Below are positions 39,338 to 49,223 of a stretch of 64,000 nucleotides of DNA, one piece after another. The notes under the pieces were generated by a model. The model ran no database searches and was not told where the DNA came from. It was given only the letters and a program-made list of their open reading frames with translations. Numbering within the stretch: position 1 is the first letter of the stretch; each line of letters begins with the position of its first letter. The stretch is from the NCBI GenBank assembly GCA_965216635.1, contig OZ244188.1, forward strand, positions 1,440,001-1,504,000, written 5' to 3'. Source of the stretch: a bacterium. Its GTDB lineage: Bacteria; SAR324; XYD2-FULL-50-16; G965216635. Both the position numbers and the translations under genes were made by a program.

Positions 39338-40432
39338 ATGTATTTCCATAAATACTTTAAAAACCTTTCTTTTATTTTTTTGGCTTTAGTTGTTTTTGGA
39401 GTTTCAAGCTACTCTGGACAAACTTTTGCTAAAACAACAAAAGTTGGTTTTGTTTATGTCGGACCTATTGGTGATCACGGCTGGACTTATAGACACCATA
39501 TAGGCTTACAAGCATTAGAAAAAAAATTTGGTAGTGAAGTAAAAACTACCTACATAGAAAAAGTTCCTGAAGGAGCAGATGCAGTTAGAGTTATTCGTAA
39601 ACTAGCAGCAGATGGTAATGATATTATATTCACTACTTCCTTTGGGTTTATGAATCCCACGGCACAAATTGCTAAAATGTTTCCTAAGGTAAAGTTTGAG
39701 CATGCAACGGGGTATAAAACAGGGTCTAACTTTGCTACTTATAACTCTCGTTTTTATGAAGCTAGATACCTTACTGGTATTATTGCTGGGAAAATGACAA
39801 AGAGTAAAAAACTAGGATATGTGGCTTCTTTTCCTATTCCAGAGGTGATCCGTGGTATCAATTCGGCTATTTTGGGCGCTAGAAAAGTGAACCCAAAAGC
39901 AGAAATTCGTGTGATCTGGGTTAGCACATGGTACGACCCTGGTAAAGAATCAGACGCCACAAAGGCTTTGATCGACCAAGGAGTAGATGTGATTTTCCAA
40001 CACACTGATAGTCCAGCACCTTGCCAAACAGCAGAGAAAAGAGGTGTTTTTTGCTTCGGACAAGCCTCTGATAATTCCGAGTTTGCTCCAAAAGCTCATT
40101 TGACAGCTATTATAGACGATTGGGGTCCCTACTATATTGAAAGAGTAACCGCACTCCGTGATGGATCTTGGAAAACTCAAAGTGTCTGGCTTGGCTTAAA
40201 AGAAAGGGCAGTTTATTTGTCTTCTTTCAACAAAAAGGTTCCAAGATCTGTGCGTTCTTTGGTTAAAAAAACACAAAAAAATATCATTAGTGGAAAGAAT
40301 CATCCTTTCGCTGGTGTAATCAAAGACCAAACAGGAAAGGTGCTATACAAAAAAGGACAGGTGATCTCTGACAAAGAATTAGGTGGTATGAACTTTTATG
40401 TAGAGGGGGTTATTGGTAAATTACCTAAGTAG
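39338..40432 (+). CDS. BMP family ABC substrate-binding protein (purine/nucleoside-type)
   Basis: GFVYVGPIGDHGW, TSFGFM, FEHATG, WVSTWYDPGKE, QHTDS. Confidence 0.92.
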   Translation: MYFHKYFKNLSFIFLALVVFGVSSYSGQTFAKTTKVGFVYVGPIGDHGWTYRHHIGLQALEKKFGSEVKTTYIEKVPEGADAVRVIRKLAADGNDIIFTTSFGFMNPTAQIAKMFPKVKFEHATGYKTGSNFATYNSRFYEARYLTGIIAGKMTKSKKLGYVASFPIPEVIRGINSAILGARKVNPKAEIRVIWVSTWYDPGKESDATKALIDQGVDVIFQHTDSPAPCQTAEKRGVFCFGQASDNSEFAPKAHLTAIIDDWGPYYIERVTALRDGSWKTQSVWLGLKERAVYLSSFNKKVPRSVRSLVKKTQKNIISGKNHPFAGVIKDQTGKVLYKKGQVISDKELGGMNFYVEGVIGKLPK

Positions 40433-40627
40433 ACTTTTGAATTTGCGTTCTGTTTAGCCAAAACAAGCTTATTGCTTGACGCTTTTTATGGGCTATTTGT
40501 GAAACAGCCAAAGGGCTGTTTCACAGTTCATTCTTGCTTAATGCAAGGTTTATAGTGTTTTTTACTACGCCAAGCTTAGCTAAAATTTTTTTTTGCCTTG
40601 CCTAGCCGACGCAAATTCAAATGTCTA
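40430..40627. mobile_element. Palindromic MITE-like repeat, copy 7; left end provides the TAG of the BMP gene
   Basis: TAGACTTTTGAATTTGCGTT...ACGCAAATTCAAATGTCTA; largely the reverse complement of copy 4. Confidence 0.85.
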
Positions 40628-40673
40628 CTAAGTAACAATTGATCTTTGGCTCATCAAGTTTTGTTTTAGAAAC

Positions 40674-40796
40674 ATTGCTTGACGCTTTTTATGGGCTATT
40701 TGTGAAACAGCCAAAGGGCTGTTTCACAAATAGCCCATAAAAAGCGTCAAGCAATAAGCTTGTTTTGGCTAAACAGAACGCTAATTCAAAAGTCTA
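40674..40796. repeat. Partial element (copy 8) containing a perfect 82-bp inverted repeat
   Basis: 39-bp arms 40674-40712 and 40717-40755 with AAAG loop, then right end AACGCTAATTCAAAAGTCTA. Confidence 0.9.
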
Positions 40797-40804
40797 ACCT
40801 ATTT

Positions 40805-41914
40805 ATGGAACAATATACTTACCTCTTTTATGGCACACAAACTTATGCCATAGAAAAAGCCATTCAAAAACAAATCCACGAAATTGAAAACAAACAAAGT
40901 GAAATGAAAAAAGGCACAGATGTACATAAATTTTCAGTGTCGGATTTTTTTAATGAAAACAATTCTTTTGCAACCTTTCAAGATTACTTTTTCACCCCTC
41001 CTTTTTCGGGTAATAGCCAAATTTTTTATATTAAAGAACTAGAAATACTGTGCAAACAAAAAAACTTACCCGTCTCATTTAAAAATTTAACAAGAGAACA
41101 TATAACTCCCAATAAAAATAATATGGCTAAAAATAATCTGGCAATCAGTTTTATCTATTTTTTGACTCAAGCTCTTTTAAAAGAAAATATAAAAGAAAAT
41201 AATAATTTTATTTTATTACAAGCAAACCTTAAAGACCTAAATGAATTCCCTCTGTTTTTTCAAAAAATTTTACAGGAAAAAGCAACCCGCCGTTATTATA
41301 AAACCTTTTCAAAAACAGAAGAACTAACCGCTTGGATAAAAAAAAAACTAGAGCTAGAAAAAATCCAGTTGTCTGGAGAACAGACCCAGCTACTTCTTTA
41401 TTTTTGTGGAGATGATGTCTACAATCTTGATCGAGAAATAGAAAAACTAAGCCTACTTAAAAGAAAAATTGAAACAGAAGATATAACGAGGTTAGTTAGC
41501 CACTCTCAAAGCTATCAAATTTTTTCCTTGTTGCAAGATATTATAGCAAAAAATCAAAGCAAAGCTTTAGATGGGCTAAATTATTTTTTGATTAAATCTC
41601 CTAATAGAGACAATACACAAAGAATTTTTAGTCTTTTATCTGGTGAATTACAAAAACTATTAAAAGTGAAATGGCTATTAAATGAAGAATATAAAACAAA
41701 TGAAATAGCAAACTTACTCAAATTACCAAACTGGCTGACGACAAAATTGGTAAGGATGGCAAAAAATTTAAAAACCCAAGAAATAGAAAATGCTTTGCTG
41801 TTTTTGCATTCTAATGACCTAGTTTTTAAGTATGCAGCTAAAAATTCCGAACACTTAATAACGCAGTTTTGTATTCAGTGGATGAAGGGATATTTTTTAA
41901 AAAGAGCTAAATAG
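40805..41914 (+). CDS. holA: DNA polymerase III delta subunit (divergent)
   Basis: YLFYG, PPFSG, WIKKK, GDDVYNLDREIEKLSL, IFSL. ATG 40805 preferred because the upstream extension is repeat-derived. Confidence 0.75.
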   Translation: MEQYTYLFYGTQTYAIEKAIQKQIHEIENKQSEMKKGTDVHKFSVSDFFNENNSFATFQDYFFTPPFSGNSQIFYIKELEILCKQKNLPVSFKNLTREHITPNKNNMAKNNLAISFIYFLTQALLKENIKENNNFILLQANLKDLNEFPLFFQKILQEKATRRYYKTFSKTEELTAWIKKKLELEKIQLSGEQTQLLLYFCGDDVYNLDREIEKLSLLKRKIETEDITRLVSHSQSYQIFSLLQDIIAKNQSKALDGLNYFLIKSPNRDNTQRIFSLLSGELQKLLKVKWLLNEEYKTNEIANLLKLPNWLTTKLVRMAKNLKTQEIENALLFLHSNDLVFKYAAKNSEHLITQFCIQWMKGYFLKRAK

Positions 41915-41935
41915 GAAAAGTTACAAAAATATTAC

Positions 41936-42035
41936 GAGAACTTTGAATTAGTGTTATGATGGCTAGGCAGGCATTTTTTTTAAAAACGATTGCTTGGCTA
42001 GACTTATTGACTTGGTAAGCTAATTCAAAGGTCTC
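41936..42035. mobile_element. Short degenerate MITE-like copy 9
   Basis: GAGAACTTTGAATTAG...CTAATTCAAAGGTCTC. Confidence 0.7.
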
Positions 42036-42049
42036 TTTTATACAAAAAA

Positions 42050-43135
42050 ATGAGTTTAGAACTAGGCATAGTAGGCTTACCCAATGTAGGCAAATCTACT
42101 TTATTCACGGCTGTAACTTCTTCTAAAGCTGCTGCAGAAAATTATCCTTTTTGTACGATTGAGCCCAACGTGGGATTAGTTCCGATACCGGATCAGCGAT
42201 TAGACGAGCTTTGTTATATTTACAAACCTCAAAAAAGAATAGCAAATTATTTGAAATTAATAGATATTGCGGGTTTAGTCAAAGGGGCAGCTCAAGGAGA
42301 AGGGTTAGGAAATAAATTTTTGGACCATATTCAAAAAGTAGATGCCTATATCCATTTAGTGCGTTGCTTTGAAGACGACAGTATCACTCATGTTGAGGGT
42401 AAGATAGATCCAGAATCTGATGTTTTAGTAATTAAAACAGAGTTGATTTTATCGGATTTAGAAAGGTTGAAAAAAAGACAAGAAAAAATTAGCAAGCAAG
42501 CCAAAGCAGAAAAACAGACAGACAAATTGGATTTTTATGAAAAGATACTAGCGCATCTAGACGAAGGGCATTTTGTGCGGAATTTGAAATTGGATAAAGA
42601 AAGCGAAAAAATTTGGTTAAAAGAGTTGCAACTGATAACAGCAAAGCCTTTCTTTTATGTAGTCAATACAGCAGACAAACAAAGCGATCAAGAATTTAAA
42701 AATAAGCTGTCTTCCATTGCTAAAACCGATAAAGTATCTGTAGTAGAGGTCAACTGTGCCTTTGAAAGCGAGTTGGCGGGAATGTCTGAGGCAGAAAAGA
42801 AAGATTTTATACAAGATTTGGGTTTAGAAAAAAGTGGTTTGGAAAGAATAGTTCAAAAAGGTTTTGCTTTGCTCAACCTAATTAGTTTTTTTACTGCTGG
42901 AAGTAAAGAAGTTCGCGCTTGGAATATTTCACAGGGGATGTCTGCAGCAGAGGCTGCGGGGAAAATTCATACAGATATGCAAAGAGGTTTTATTCGGGCA
43001 GAAATTTTTAATTTTGAAGATTTAAAAAAATTTGGTAGTGAAGTAGAAATCAAAAAACAAGGTAAGTTAAGACTAGAAGGTAAAGATTATACTGTAGTGG
43101 ATGGGGATATTCTACACATCCTATTTTCTGTGTAG
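42050..43135 (+). CDS. ychF: Redox-regulated ATPase YchF
   Basis: GIVGLPNVGKST, NYPFCTIEPN, DIAGLVKGA, AGKIHTD, EGKDY. Confidence 0.97.
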   Translation: MSLELGIVGLPNVGKSTLFTAVTSSKAAAENYPFCTIEPNVGLVPIPDQRLDELCYIYKPQKRIANYLKLIDIAGLVKGAAQGEGLGNKFLDHIQKVDAYIHLVRCFEDDSITHVEGKIDPESDVLVIKTELILSDLERLKKRQEKISKQAKAEKQTDKLDFYEKILAHLDEGHFVRNLKLDKESEKIWLKELQLITAKPFFYVVNTADKQSDQEFKNKLSSIAKTDKVSVVEVNCAFESELAGMSEAEKKDFIQDLGLEKSGLERIVQKGFALLNLISFFTAGSKEVRAWNISQGMSAAEAAGKIHTDMQRGFIRAEIFNFEDLKKFGSEVEIKKQGKLRLEGKDYTVVDGDILHILFSV

Positions 43136-43152
43136 ACTGTTGCATTAGTTTA

Positions 43153-43668
43153 ATGAAAAATATAGTTTGGCTTAACAGCCTAGAAAAATCAGCGGAAAAA
43201 GAATTTTTAGCCTGTTGTGCTTCTAAAGAGTGGGCAAAGTCTATGGTAGAAAAAATGCCTTTTGAAAATCTCAAACAACTTTTAAGAACAGCAGAAGAAG
43301 AATGGTTTATTTTAGCTGCTGCAGCTAAAATAGAAGCCTTTGCGTCCCACCCTCAAATAGGAGATGTTTCTGCTCTCAGAAAAAAATTTGCTACGAGCAA
43401 TCAACAAAAACACGCAAAGTGGAGCGGAGAAGAGCAAGCACAGGTTTCCGATTTGGACGAAAAAATTTTACAAGAACTCGCAAGTTATAACAAAAAATAC
43501 TTGCAAAAATTTGGATTTATTTTTATTGTTTGTGCTACAGAGCAAACGGCAGAAAATATATTGAAAAGTTTGAAAACTAGAATCCATAATTCTTATAAAA
43601 AAGAATTAGAAAATGCTAGTTTGGAGCAGAATAAGATTATACTTAATAGAATCCACAAAATGTTATAG
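43153..43668 (+). CDS. uraD: OHCU decarboxylase
   Basis: HPQIG, SGEEQ, YNKKYLQKFGFIFIVCA, EQNKI. Confidence 0.92.
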   Translation: MKNIVWLNSLEKSAEKEFLACCASKEWAKSMVEKMPFENLKQLLRTAEEEWFILAAAAKIEAFASHPQIGDVSALRKKFATSNQQKHAKWSGEEQAQVSDLDEKILQELASYNKKYLQKFGFIFIVCATEQTAENILKSLKTRIHNSYKKELENASLEQNKIILNRIHKML

Positions 43669-43805
43669 ACCTTTGAATTTGCATTCTGTTTAGCCTATGC
43701 AGCGTTGAAAAAAATTTTTAACTCTTGAAATACTTCAGTATTCCAGCGAGCTAAAAATTTTTTTCGCCTTGCCTAGCCGTCACATAACGCAAATTCAAAG
43801 GTCTA
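43666..43805. mobile_element. Palindromic MITE-like repeat, copy 10 (cleanest 140-bp form)
   Basis: Perfect 17-bp ends TAGACCTTTGAATTTGC / GCAAATTCAAAGGTCTA. Confidence 0.9.
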
Positions 43806-43896
43806 TGTTATTATGAGAAGTCCTATTAGAATCCACAAGATGTTATTATGAGAAGTCCTATTAGAATCCACAAAATGTTATTATGAGAAGTCCTAT
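43805..43896 (+). repeat. 35-bp tandem repeat (2.6 copies) of the uraD-end/uraH-start junction
   Basis: ATGTTATTATGAGAAGTCCTATTAGAATCCACAA(G/A) at 43805 and 43840, partial at 43875. Confidence 0.92.
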
Positions 43897-44227
43897 CACA
43901 ACCCATATACTAGATACAGCTATCGGAAAACCGGCGGCTGAAGTTTCTGTGATCTTATCGCAAAAAAAAGAAACAGGATGGGAAAAGTTATCTCAATCTA
44001 TTACCAACAAAGACGGCAGAATAGAAGACCTATTGGCTACAGATCATTCTTTGGAAAAAGGAATCTATAAATTAGAATTTTTTACTCTCGCCTATTTTCA
44101 AAAAAATAATAGAGATTCGTTTTATCCCTCGGTTAGTATATGTTTTGAAGTAAACGACACAACGCAACACTACCATGTTCCTTTGTTGCTACAGGGGTTT
44201 GGTTATGCCACCTATAGAGGAAGCTAA
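43883..44227 (+). CDS. uraH: 5-hydroxyisourate hydrolase
   Basis: THILDT, TNKDGR, HYHVPLLL, C-terminal YRGS. Confidence 0.96.
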   Translation: MRSPITTHILDTAIGKPAAEVSVILSQKKETGWEKLSQSITNKDGRIEDLLATDHSLEKGIYKLEFFTLAYFQKNNRDSFYPSVSICFEVNDTTQHYHVPLLLQGFGYATYRGS

Positions 44228-44229
44228 CT

Positions 44230-45450
44230 ATGTTAATTGATTGGCAAGATTGGCTTAATTTAATTATTCGCTGGTTTCACATAGTTGCTGGAGTTGCTTG
44301 GATTGGAAGTTCATTTTATTTTATTTGGCTGGATTATAGCCTACACCCTCCTAAAGAAAAGGACGAACCAGAAAAAAATCAACAAGAGGCTGGAGTATTT
44401 GGAGAAGTTTGGTCAGTGCACGGTGGAGGTTTTTATCATGTACGAAAATTTCAAAACGCTCCTAAAAACCTCCCTGAAACTCTACATTGGTTTAAGTGGG
44501 AAGCCTACAGCACATGGATTAGTGGTTTTGCGTTATTCGTTTTAATCTATTACCTAAATTCTAAACTCTATCTCATTGACGCAGAAAAATTTGCTTTCAC
44601 TCCGTTGCAATCTATTTTTGTTAGTTTAGGTTTTTTAGCTGGAGGTTGGTTAGTCTACGATACTTTATGCCGCTCTTTTATTGCTAGATTCCCTATTTTA
44701 TTTTTTGGTATAGCTTTTTTTTTGATTTGTGTCTTGTCTTATAGCCTAACGCATTTTTTTAATTCTAAAGCTGCTTTTTTACACTACGGTGTTGTTTTAG
44801 GAAGCATTATGGTAGGTAATGTTTTCTTCGTTATTATTCCAAACCAAAAAAAAATAGTTGCCGCTCTAATAGCGGGCAAAACCCCAGATGAAAATTTAGG
44901 TAAAACAGGAAAGCAACGTTCTACGCACAATAATTATTTCACTCTGCCTGTTATTTTTACTATGATTAGCGGGCACTACCCATTGACTTTTGGACATCCT
45001 TACAATTGGGTTATTCTAGTTTTGATTACTTTTTTAAGTGCTTTTTTCAGGCATTATTTTAATTTAAAACATCAAGGAAAAAAATCTTTTTGGGTATTGA
45101 TTACCTCTTTTATTTTTATTCTAATTGCTATATTTGTAACAGATTGGAGTAGAAAGTATTTCTTGAAAAAAGAAGTCCTAAAGACTGAGCAAGTAGAATT
45201 TGTAGAAGTCCAAAAAATTATTCAAGAAAGATGTAGCTCTTGCCATTCCGATAGACCTACTTTTACTGGAATTGCTGCTGCTCCTGCGGGTATAAGCTAT
45301 GACAAACCAGAGAACATTTTGTTAAATGTAGAAAAAATATACCAACAGGTAGTAATCAGTAAAATTATGCCCTTAGGCAATATTACTCAAATGACTCAAG
45401 AAGAGAGAGGTATTATAGCGCAGTGGGCAACTAACTTAAATAAAAAATAA
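44230..45450 (+). CDS. puuD: Urate hydroxylase PuuD (membrane protein with cytochrome c domain)
   Basis: RWFHIVAGVAWIGSSFYF, VHGGGFY, LHWFKWEAY, RSTHNNY, CSSCH. Confidence 0.92.
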   Translation: MLIDWQDWLNLIIRWFHIVAGVAWIGSSFYFIWLDYSLHPPKEKDEPEKNQQEAGVFGEVWSVHGGGFYHVRKFQNAPKNLPETLHWFKWEAYSTWISGFALFVLIYYLNSKLYLIDAEKFAFTPLQSIFVSLGFLAGGWLVYDTLCRSFIARFPILFFGIAFFLICVLSYSLTHFFNSKAAFLHYGVVLGSIMVGNVFFVIIPNQKKIVAALIAGKTPDENLGKTGKQRSTHNNYFTLPVIFTMISGHYPLTFGHPYNWVILVLITFLSAFFRHYFNLKHQGKKSFWVLITSFIFILIAIFVTDWSRKYFLKKEVLKTEQVEFVEVQKIIQERCSSCHSDRPTFTGIAAAPAGISYDKPENILLNVEKIYQQVVISKIMPLGNITQMTQEERGIIAQWATNLNKK

Positions 45451-45452
45451 AT

Positions 45453-45848
45453 ATGGAAATCAAACAACTTCCCTCTAAAGAAGTGCTTAATTTTTTGAGT
45501 TCTACTGAGGAAAAACCCCGTACCCTTTTGGATGTTCGCACTCTTAATGAATGGGACAAAGTAGGCAGACCAGATGGAGAAAATCTACAAATGAAAACTT
45601 ATTTTGTCTCAATTAAATTAGGCGAAGAGAGAAAGATGAATGAAAATTTCATAGAAGAAGTCGCAGCAAAAAAAATTCCCAAAGATAAAAGTGTGATGAT
45701 TATCTGTCGTGGCGGAATTCGCTCTCAACTAGCAGCTCAGCTTTTGAGCAAGGCTGGTTATCAAAATTGTATCAATATCTCTGACGGTTTTGAAGGCAAT
45801 CAAGATATTGGTGAGGGTTGGAAAAAGATTGGTCTGCCTTGCAAATAA
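45453..45848 (+). CDS. Rhodanese-like protein
   Basis: LLDVRT..EW, ICRGGIRS, GFEG, GW. Confidence 0.9.
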   Translation: MEIKQLPSKEVLNFLSSTEEKPRTLLDVRTLNEWDKVGRPDGENLQMKTYFVSIKLGEERKMNENFIEEVAAKKIPKDKSVMIICRGGIRSQLAAQLLSKAGYQNCINISDGFEGNQDIGEGWKKIGLPCK

Positions 45849-45861
45849 AAGTTAAAATATA

Positions 45862-47037
45862 GTGCAAAAATCAAAATATAAAGTTAGCACCAATCTAGTC
45901 CGAGGAGGGACTAATCGCTCTCAATTTAAAGAAACATCGGAAGCTATTTTTTTCAATTCGGGATTTGTTTATGATACAGCAGAGCAGGCAGAAGCTATTT
46001 TTGCCGGAGAAGAGGCTGGGTTTCAGTATAGTCGTTATGCCAATCCAACCGTGGAAATGTTTGAAAACAGACTTTCCCTTTTGGAAGGATGCGAAAGCTG
46101 TTTTGCAACAGCTAGTGGTATGGCTGCGGTTTTTGGAGCTATAATGTGTCAACTGAAATCGGGAGATCATCTACTTTCTTCTGCTGCTTTGTTTGGTTCT
46201 TGTCGCTATATTATTACTTCTATTTTACCTAAATACGGTATTGAAACAACTCTTATAGATGGTAAAAATCTAGAGGAGTGGGAAAATGGGTTTCAGAAAA
46301 ACACCAAACTTGTATTTTTTGAGACTCCTTCCAATCCTTGTTTAGAAATTATTGATATAGCAGCAGTTTGTGAACTTACAAAAAGCTATGGGGCGAAGGT
46401 TATTGCTGATAATATTTTTGCGTCCCCTATTTTGCAAAATACAATGAAATTCGGAGTAGATATTGTAGTTTATTCTGGCACCAAACACATAGATGGGCAG
46501 GGCAGAGCTATGGGAGGAGCAATTTTATCAACAGAAGAATTTAAAGAAGAAATCCTAAAACCCTATTTGAGACATACTGGTCCCTGTATGAGTCCGTTTA
46601 ATGCATGGGTGCTTCTGAAAGGGTTAGAGACTTTGAAAATTAGAGTTATGGCTCAATCCGAATCCGCGTATCTATTAGCAAAATACTTCAGCCAAGTTCC
46701 TCAAATAGAAGAAGTTTATTATCCTTTTTTAGAAAGTAATCCACAATTAGATTTAGCAAAAAAACAACAAAAATCGGGTGGGACAGTGTTGAGTTTTAAA
46801 ATAAAAGGCACAAAAAAAGATGCTTTCCGTTTTATGAATAGGTTGAAATTATTGGATATTTCTAATAATCTTGGAGATACCAAATCTTTGATTACTCATC
46901 CCACTACAACTACTCATAGAGTATTAGAAGAGCAGGAAAGAACAGCTTTAGGAATCACAGAAAACTTAATAAGAATCTCTGTAGGATTGGAAGATTTAGA
47001 AGACCTTATCTCAGATATAAACCAAGCCTTCTTGTAG
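45862..47037 (+). CDS. metZ: O-succinylhomoserine sulfhydrylase
   Basis: YSRYANPT, ASGMAA, YSGTKHIDGQGR, NNLGDTKS, RISVGLE. Confidence 0.92.
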   Translation: MQKSKYKVSTNLVRGGTNRSQFKETSEAIFFNSGFVYDTAEQAEAIFAGEEAGFQYSRYANPTVEMFENRLSLLEGCESCFATASGMAAVFGAIMCQLKSGDHLLSSAALFGSCRYIITSILPKYGIETTLIDGKNLEEWENGFQKNTKLVFFETPSNPCLEIIDIAAVCELTKSYGAKVIADNIFASPILQNTMKFGVDIVVYSGTKHIDGQGRAMGGAILSTEEFKEEILKPYLRHTGPCMSPFNAWVLLKGLETLKIRVMAQSESAYLLAKYFSQVPQIEEVYYPFLESNPQLDLAKKQQKSGGTVLSFKIKGTKKDAFRFMNRLKLLDISNNLGDTKSLITHPTTTTHRVLEEQERTALGITENLIRISVGLEDLEDLISDINQAFL

Positions 47038-47050
47038 AGAATTTCTATAA

Positions 47051-47296
47051 TAGACTTTTGAATTTCGCTGATGCTTACCCCACTATTGGGGCTAGGCAAA
47101 TGGCTAGAAAAGTGCGAAAAAAAAATTTAGCTCGCTGGAATACTCTCTTACTGCTTAATCAAAAAATAAAGGTTATAGTAAAAGAGCCACTGGTATGAGC
47201 CAAATGGTCATACCAGTGGCTCTTTTGCCAAAGCTTGTATTGGCGTGAAAGCAATAAGCTTGTTGGCTAAACTAGATGAGCAAATTCAAAAATCTA
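47051..47296. mobile_element. Palindromic MITE-like repeat, copy 11 (composite)
   Basis: TAGACTTTTGAATTTCGCT...AGCAAATTCAAAAATCTA; nested AAAAGAGCCACTGGTATGA...TCATACCAGTGGCTCTTTT. Confidence 0.85.
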
Positions 47297-47355
47297 TAAT
47301 ATTTAATTTAAAAAATTTCTAACACAACACTCTCCACTTTAGGAAAAAGTATATA

Positions 47356-49113
47356 ATGAAAAAAAAAGAACTTAGCGACAAAGAAACAATAAAAAGATTA
47401 TTGGCTACAGCAAAGCCTTACAAAGCATCCATTCTTGTTGCGGTTGTAATGATGATACTTTTTGCTTTAATCAACGCTGCTCCAGCTATTTTTGTAAAAA
47501 ATATTATTGATTCTATTGAAGGAGGAACGAAAATACCTAATTATAAATTTTTCTTATTAGGTGCTGCTATTATTGGACTCTACTCTCTTAAAGGAGCTTT
47601 AGGTTTCGGTCAAGAAGTTTTACTTGGCACATTGGGCGCTAAAATAACCGCTACCATGAGAGGCACCCTTTATAAAAAAATACTCTATCTTCCTGCTTCT
47701 TATTTTGATAGAGAAAAAACTGGAGGTTTGCTTGTTCGTATCTTATCTGATATTGGACAGTTTCAAACTTTTATCCTCACTATCTTGAAATCTTGTCTGC
47801 TACTCGTGCCACAAATTTTAGTTTTGATTGGGGTAATGATTTATAGGAGTTGGGTACTTAGTTTGATGATACTCATTATTTTTCCTTTAATTACTATTTT
47901 TGTCAGGAAAGTTAGTATAAAAAGTGCTTTGGTTGGTAAGGCATCACAAAAACAAACTGATGTGATCTTAAATACTATTTTAGAAGCTTTGCGAAGTATC
48001 AGAGTAGTCAAAGCTTTTACAGCAGAAAAAAAAGAGTGGAAAAAATTTGGTAGGGACAATCAACGAATGTTTGAACTGAATAAGAAAATGAATAGAACCA
48101 TATCCACTGCTACTCCAGCTGTAGAACTTATAAATTCTATTTTTATGGCGTCTATAATCGTAGTTGGAGGAATTCTTATCAATAGTTCTCTGATGACAAG
48201 CGGAGAGATGGCGTCTTTTATTTTAGCATCGGTTTTAGCCTACGCTCCTCTTAAAGCCCTTAGTGGCATTAACTTTACGATTCAACTTAGTTTAATCTCC
48301 TCTAAAAGAATTTTTGAAATTTTAGATGTTCCTAATCCTATTATAGAAAATGATCACAAAAAGAAAAGCCTTCCTCCGTTCAAAGATCAAATAGAAATAT
48401 CTATTAAAAATTTTAATTATCAAGGAAAGAATAAAAAAATACTGCACAACATCAATCTTACTATCCCTAAAGGAAAAGTAGTGGCTTTAGTGGGAAAAAC
48501 TGGTAGTGGCAAAACGACTTTAGTCAATCTTTTATCCCGATTGTATGATTTAAAAGAAGACTGGGGATTTGTGAAAATAGATGGTCACGATATAAGGAAT
48601 GTGAAAATAGCAAGTTTAAGAAAACAGATTTCTACTGTCAGCCAAGATGCTATACTTTTTAACGATACGATTGAAAACAATGTAGCCTACGGACAAATAA
48701 AATATTCAAAAAAGAAATTGGAAAAAGTGGCCAAGCAGGCGCATATAGACGAATTTCTAAAAGCCATGCCTAAAGGGTATCAAGAAGTAGTAGGAGAATT
48801 TGGGGTTCGCCTTTCTGGAGGACAAAAGCAAAGAATTAATTTAGCAAGAGCTTTTATGAAAGAAGCACCTATTCTTATATTTGATGAACCAACCAGCTCT
48901 TTAGATAGCGAATCTGAACAAAAAATATTTTCCTTAATAGAGCCTTTAATTCAAAAAAGTACTACCATTATGATAGCCCATCGCTTATCCACTATTAAAA
49001 AAGCGGATACTATCTATGTCCTTAAAAATGGAACTATAATAGAAAGTGGTTCTCACGATGAACTTCTTAAAAAAAAGAAAGAGTATTATAAATTTTGCCA
49101 AATTCAAAAATAA
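47356..49113 (+). CDS. ABC exporter, MsbA-like
   Basis: N-terminal TMD plus GKTGSGKT, LSGGQKQR, FDEPTS, IAHRLST. Confidence 0.9.
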   Translation: MKKKELSDKETIKRLLATAKPYKASILVAVVMMILFALINAAPAIFVKNIIDSIEGGTKIPNYKFFLLGAAIIGLYSLKGALGFGQEVLLGTLGAKITATMRGTLYKKILYLPASYFDREKTGGLLVRILSDIGQFQTFILTILKSCLLLVPQILVLIGVMIYRSWVLSLMILIIFPLITIFVRKVSIKSALVGKASQKQTDVILNTILEALRSIRVVKAFTAEKKEWKKFGRDNQRMFELNKKMNRTISTATPAVELINSIFMASIIVVGGILINSSLMTSGEMASFILASVLAYAPLKALSGINFTIQLSLISSKRIFEILDVPNPIIENDHKKKSLPPFKDQIEISIKNFNYQGKNKKILHNINLTIPKGKVVALVGKTGSGKTTLVNLLSRLYDLKEDWGFVKIDGHDIRNVKIASLRKQISTVSQDAILFNDTIENNVAYGQIKYSKKKLEKVAKQAHIDEFLKAMPKGYQEVVGEFGVRLSGGQKQRINLARAFMKEAPILIFDEPTSSLDSESEQKIFSLIEPLIQKSTTIMIAHRLSTIKKADTIYVLKNGTIIESGSHDELLKKKKEYYKFCQIQK

Positions 49114-49156
49114 CTCTTGTCTCAGGTGATATTTCTGTTTAAAAGGGTTCTGCTTT

Positions 49157-49216
49157 CCTGAAATGTTTATTAACCTGAAATGTTTATTAGCCTGAAATGT
49201 TTAGCCTGAAATGTTT
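49157..49216 (+). repeat. Short tandem repeat CCTGAAATGTTT x4
   Basis: Four copies with 14-17 bp period between converging genes. Confidence 0.85.
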
Positions 49217-49223
49217 GGTGAGG

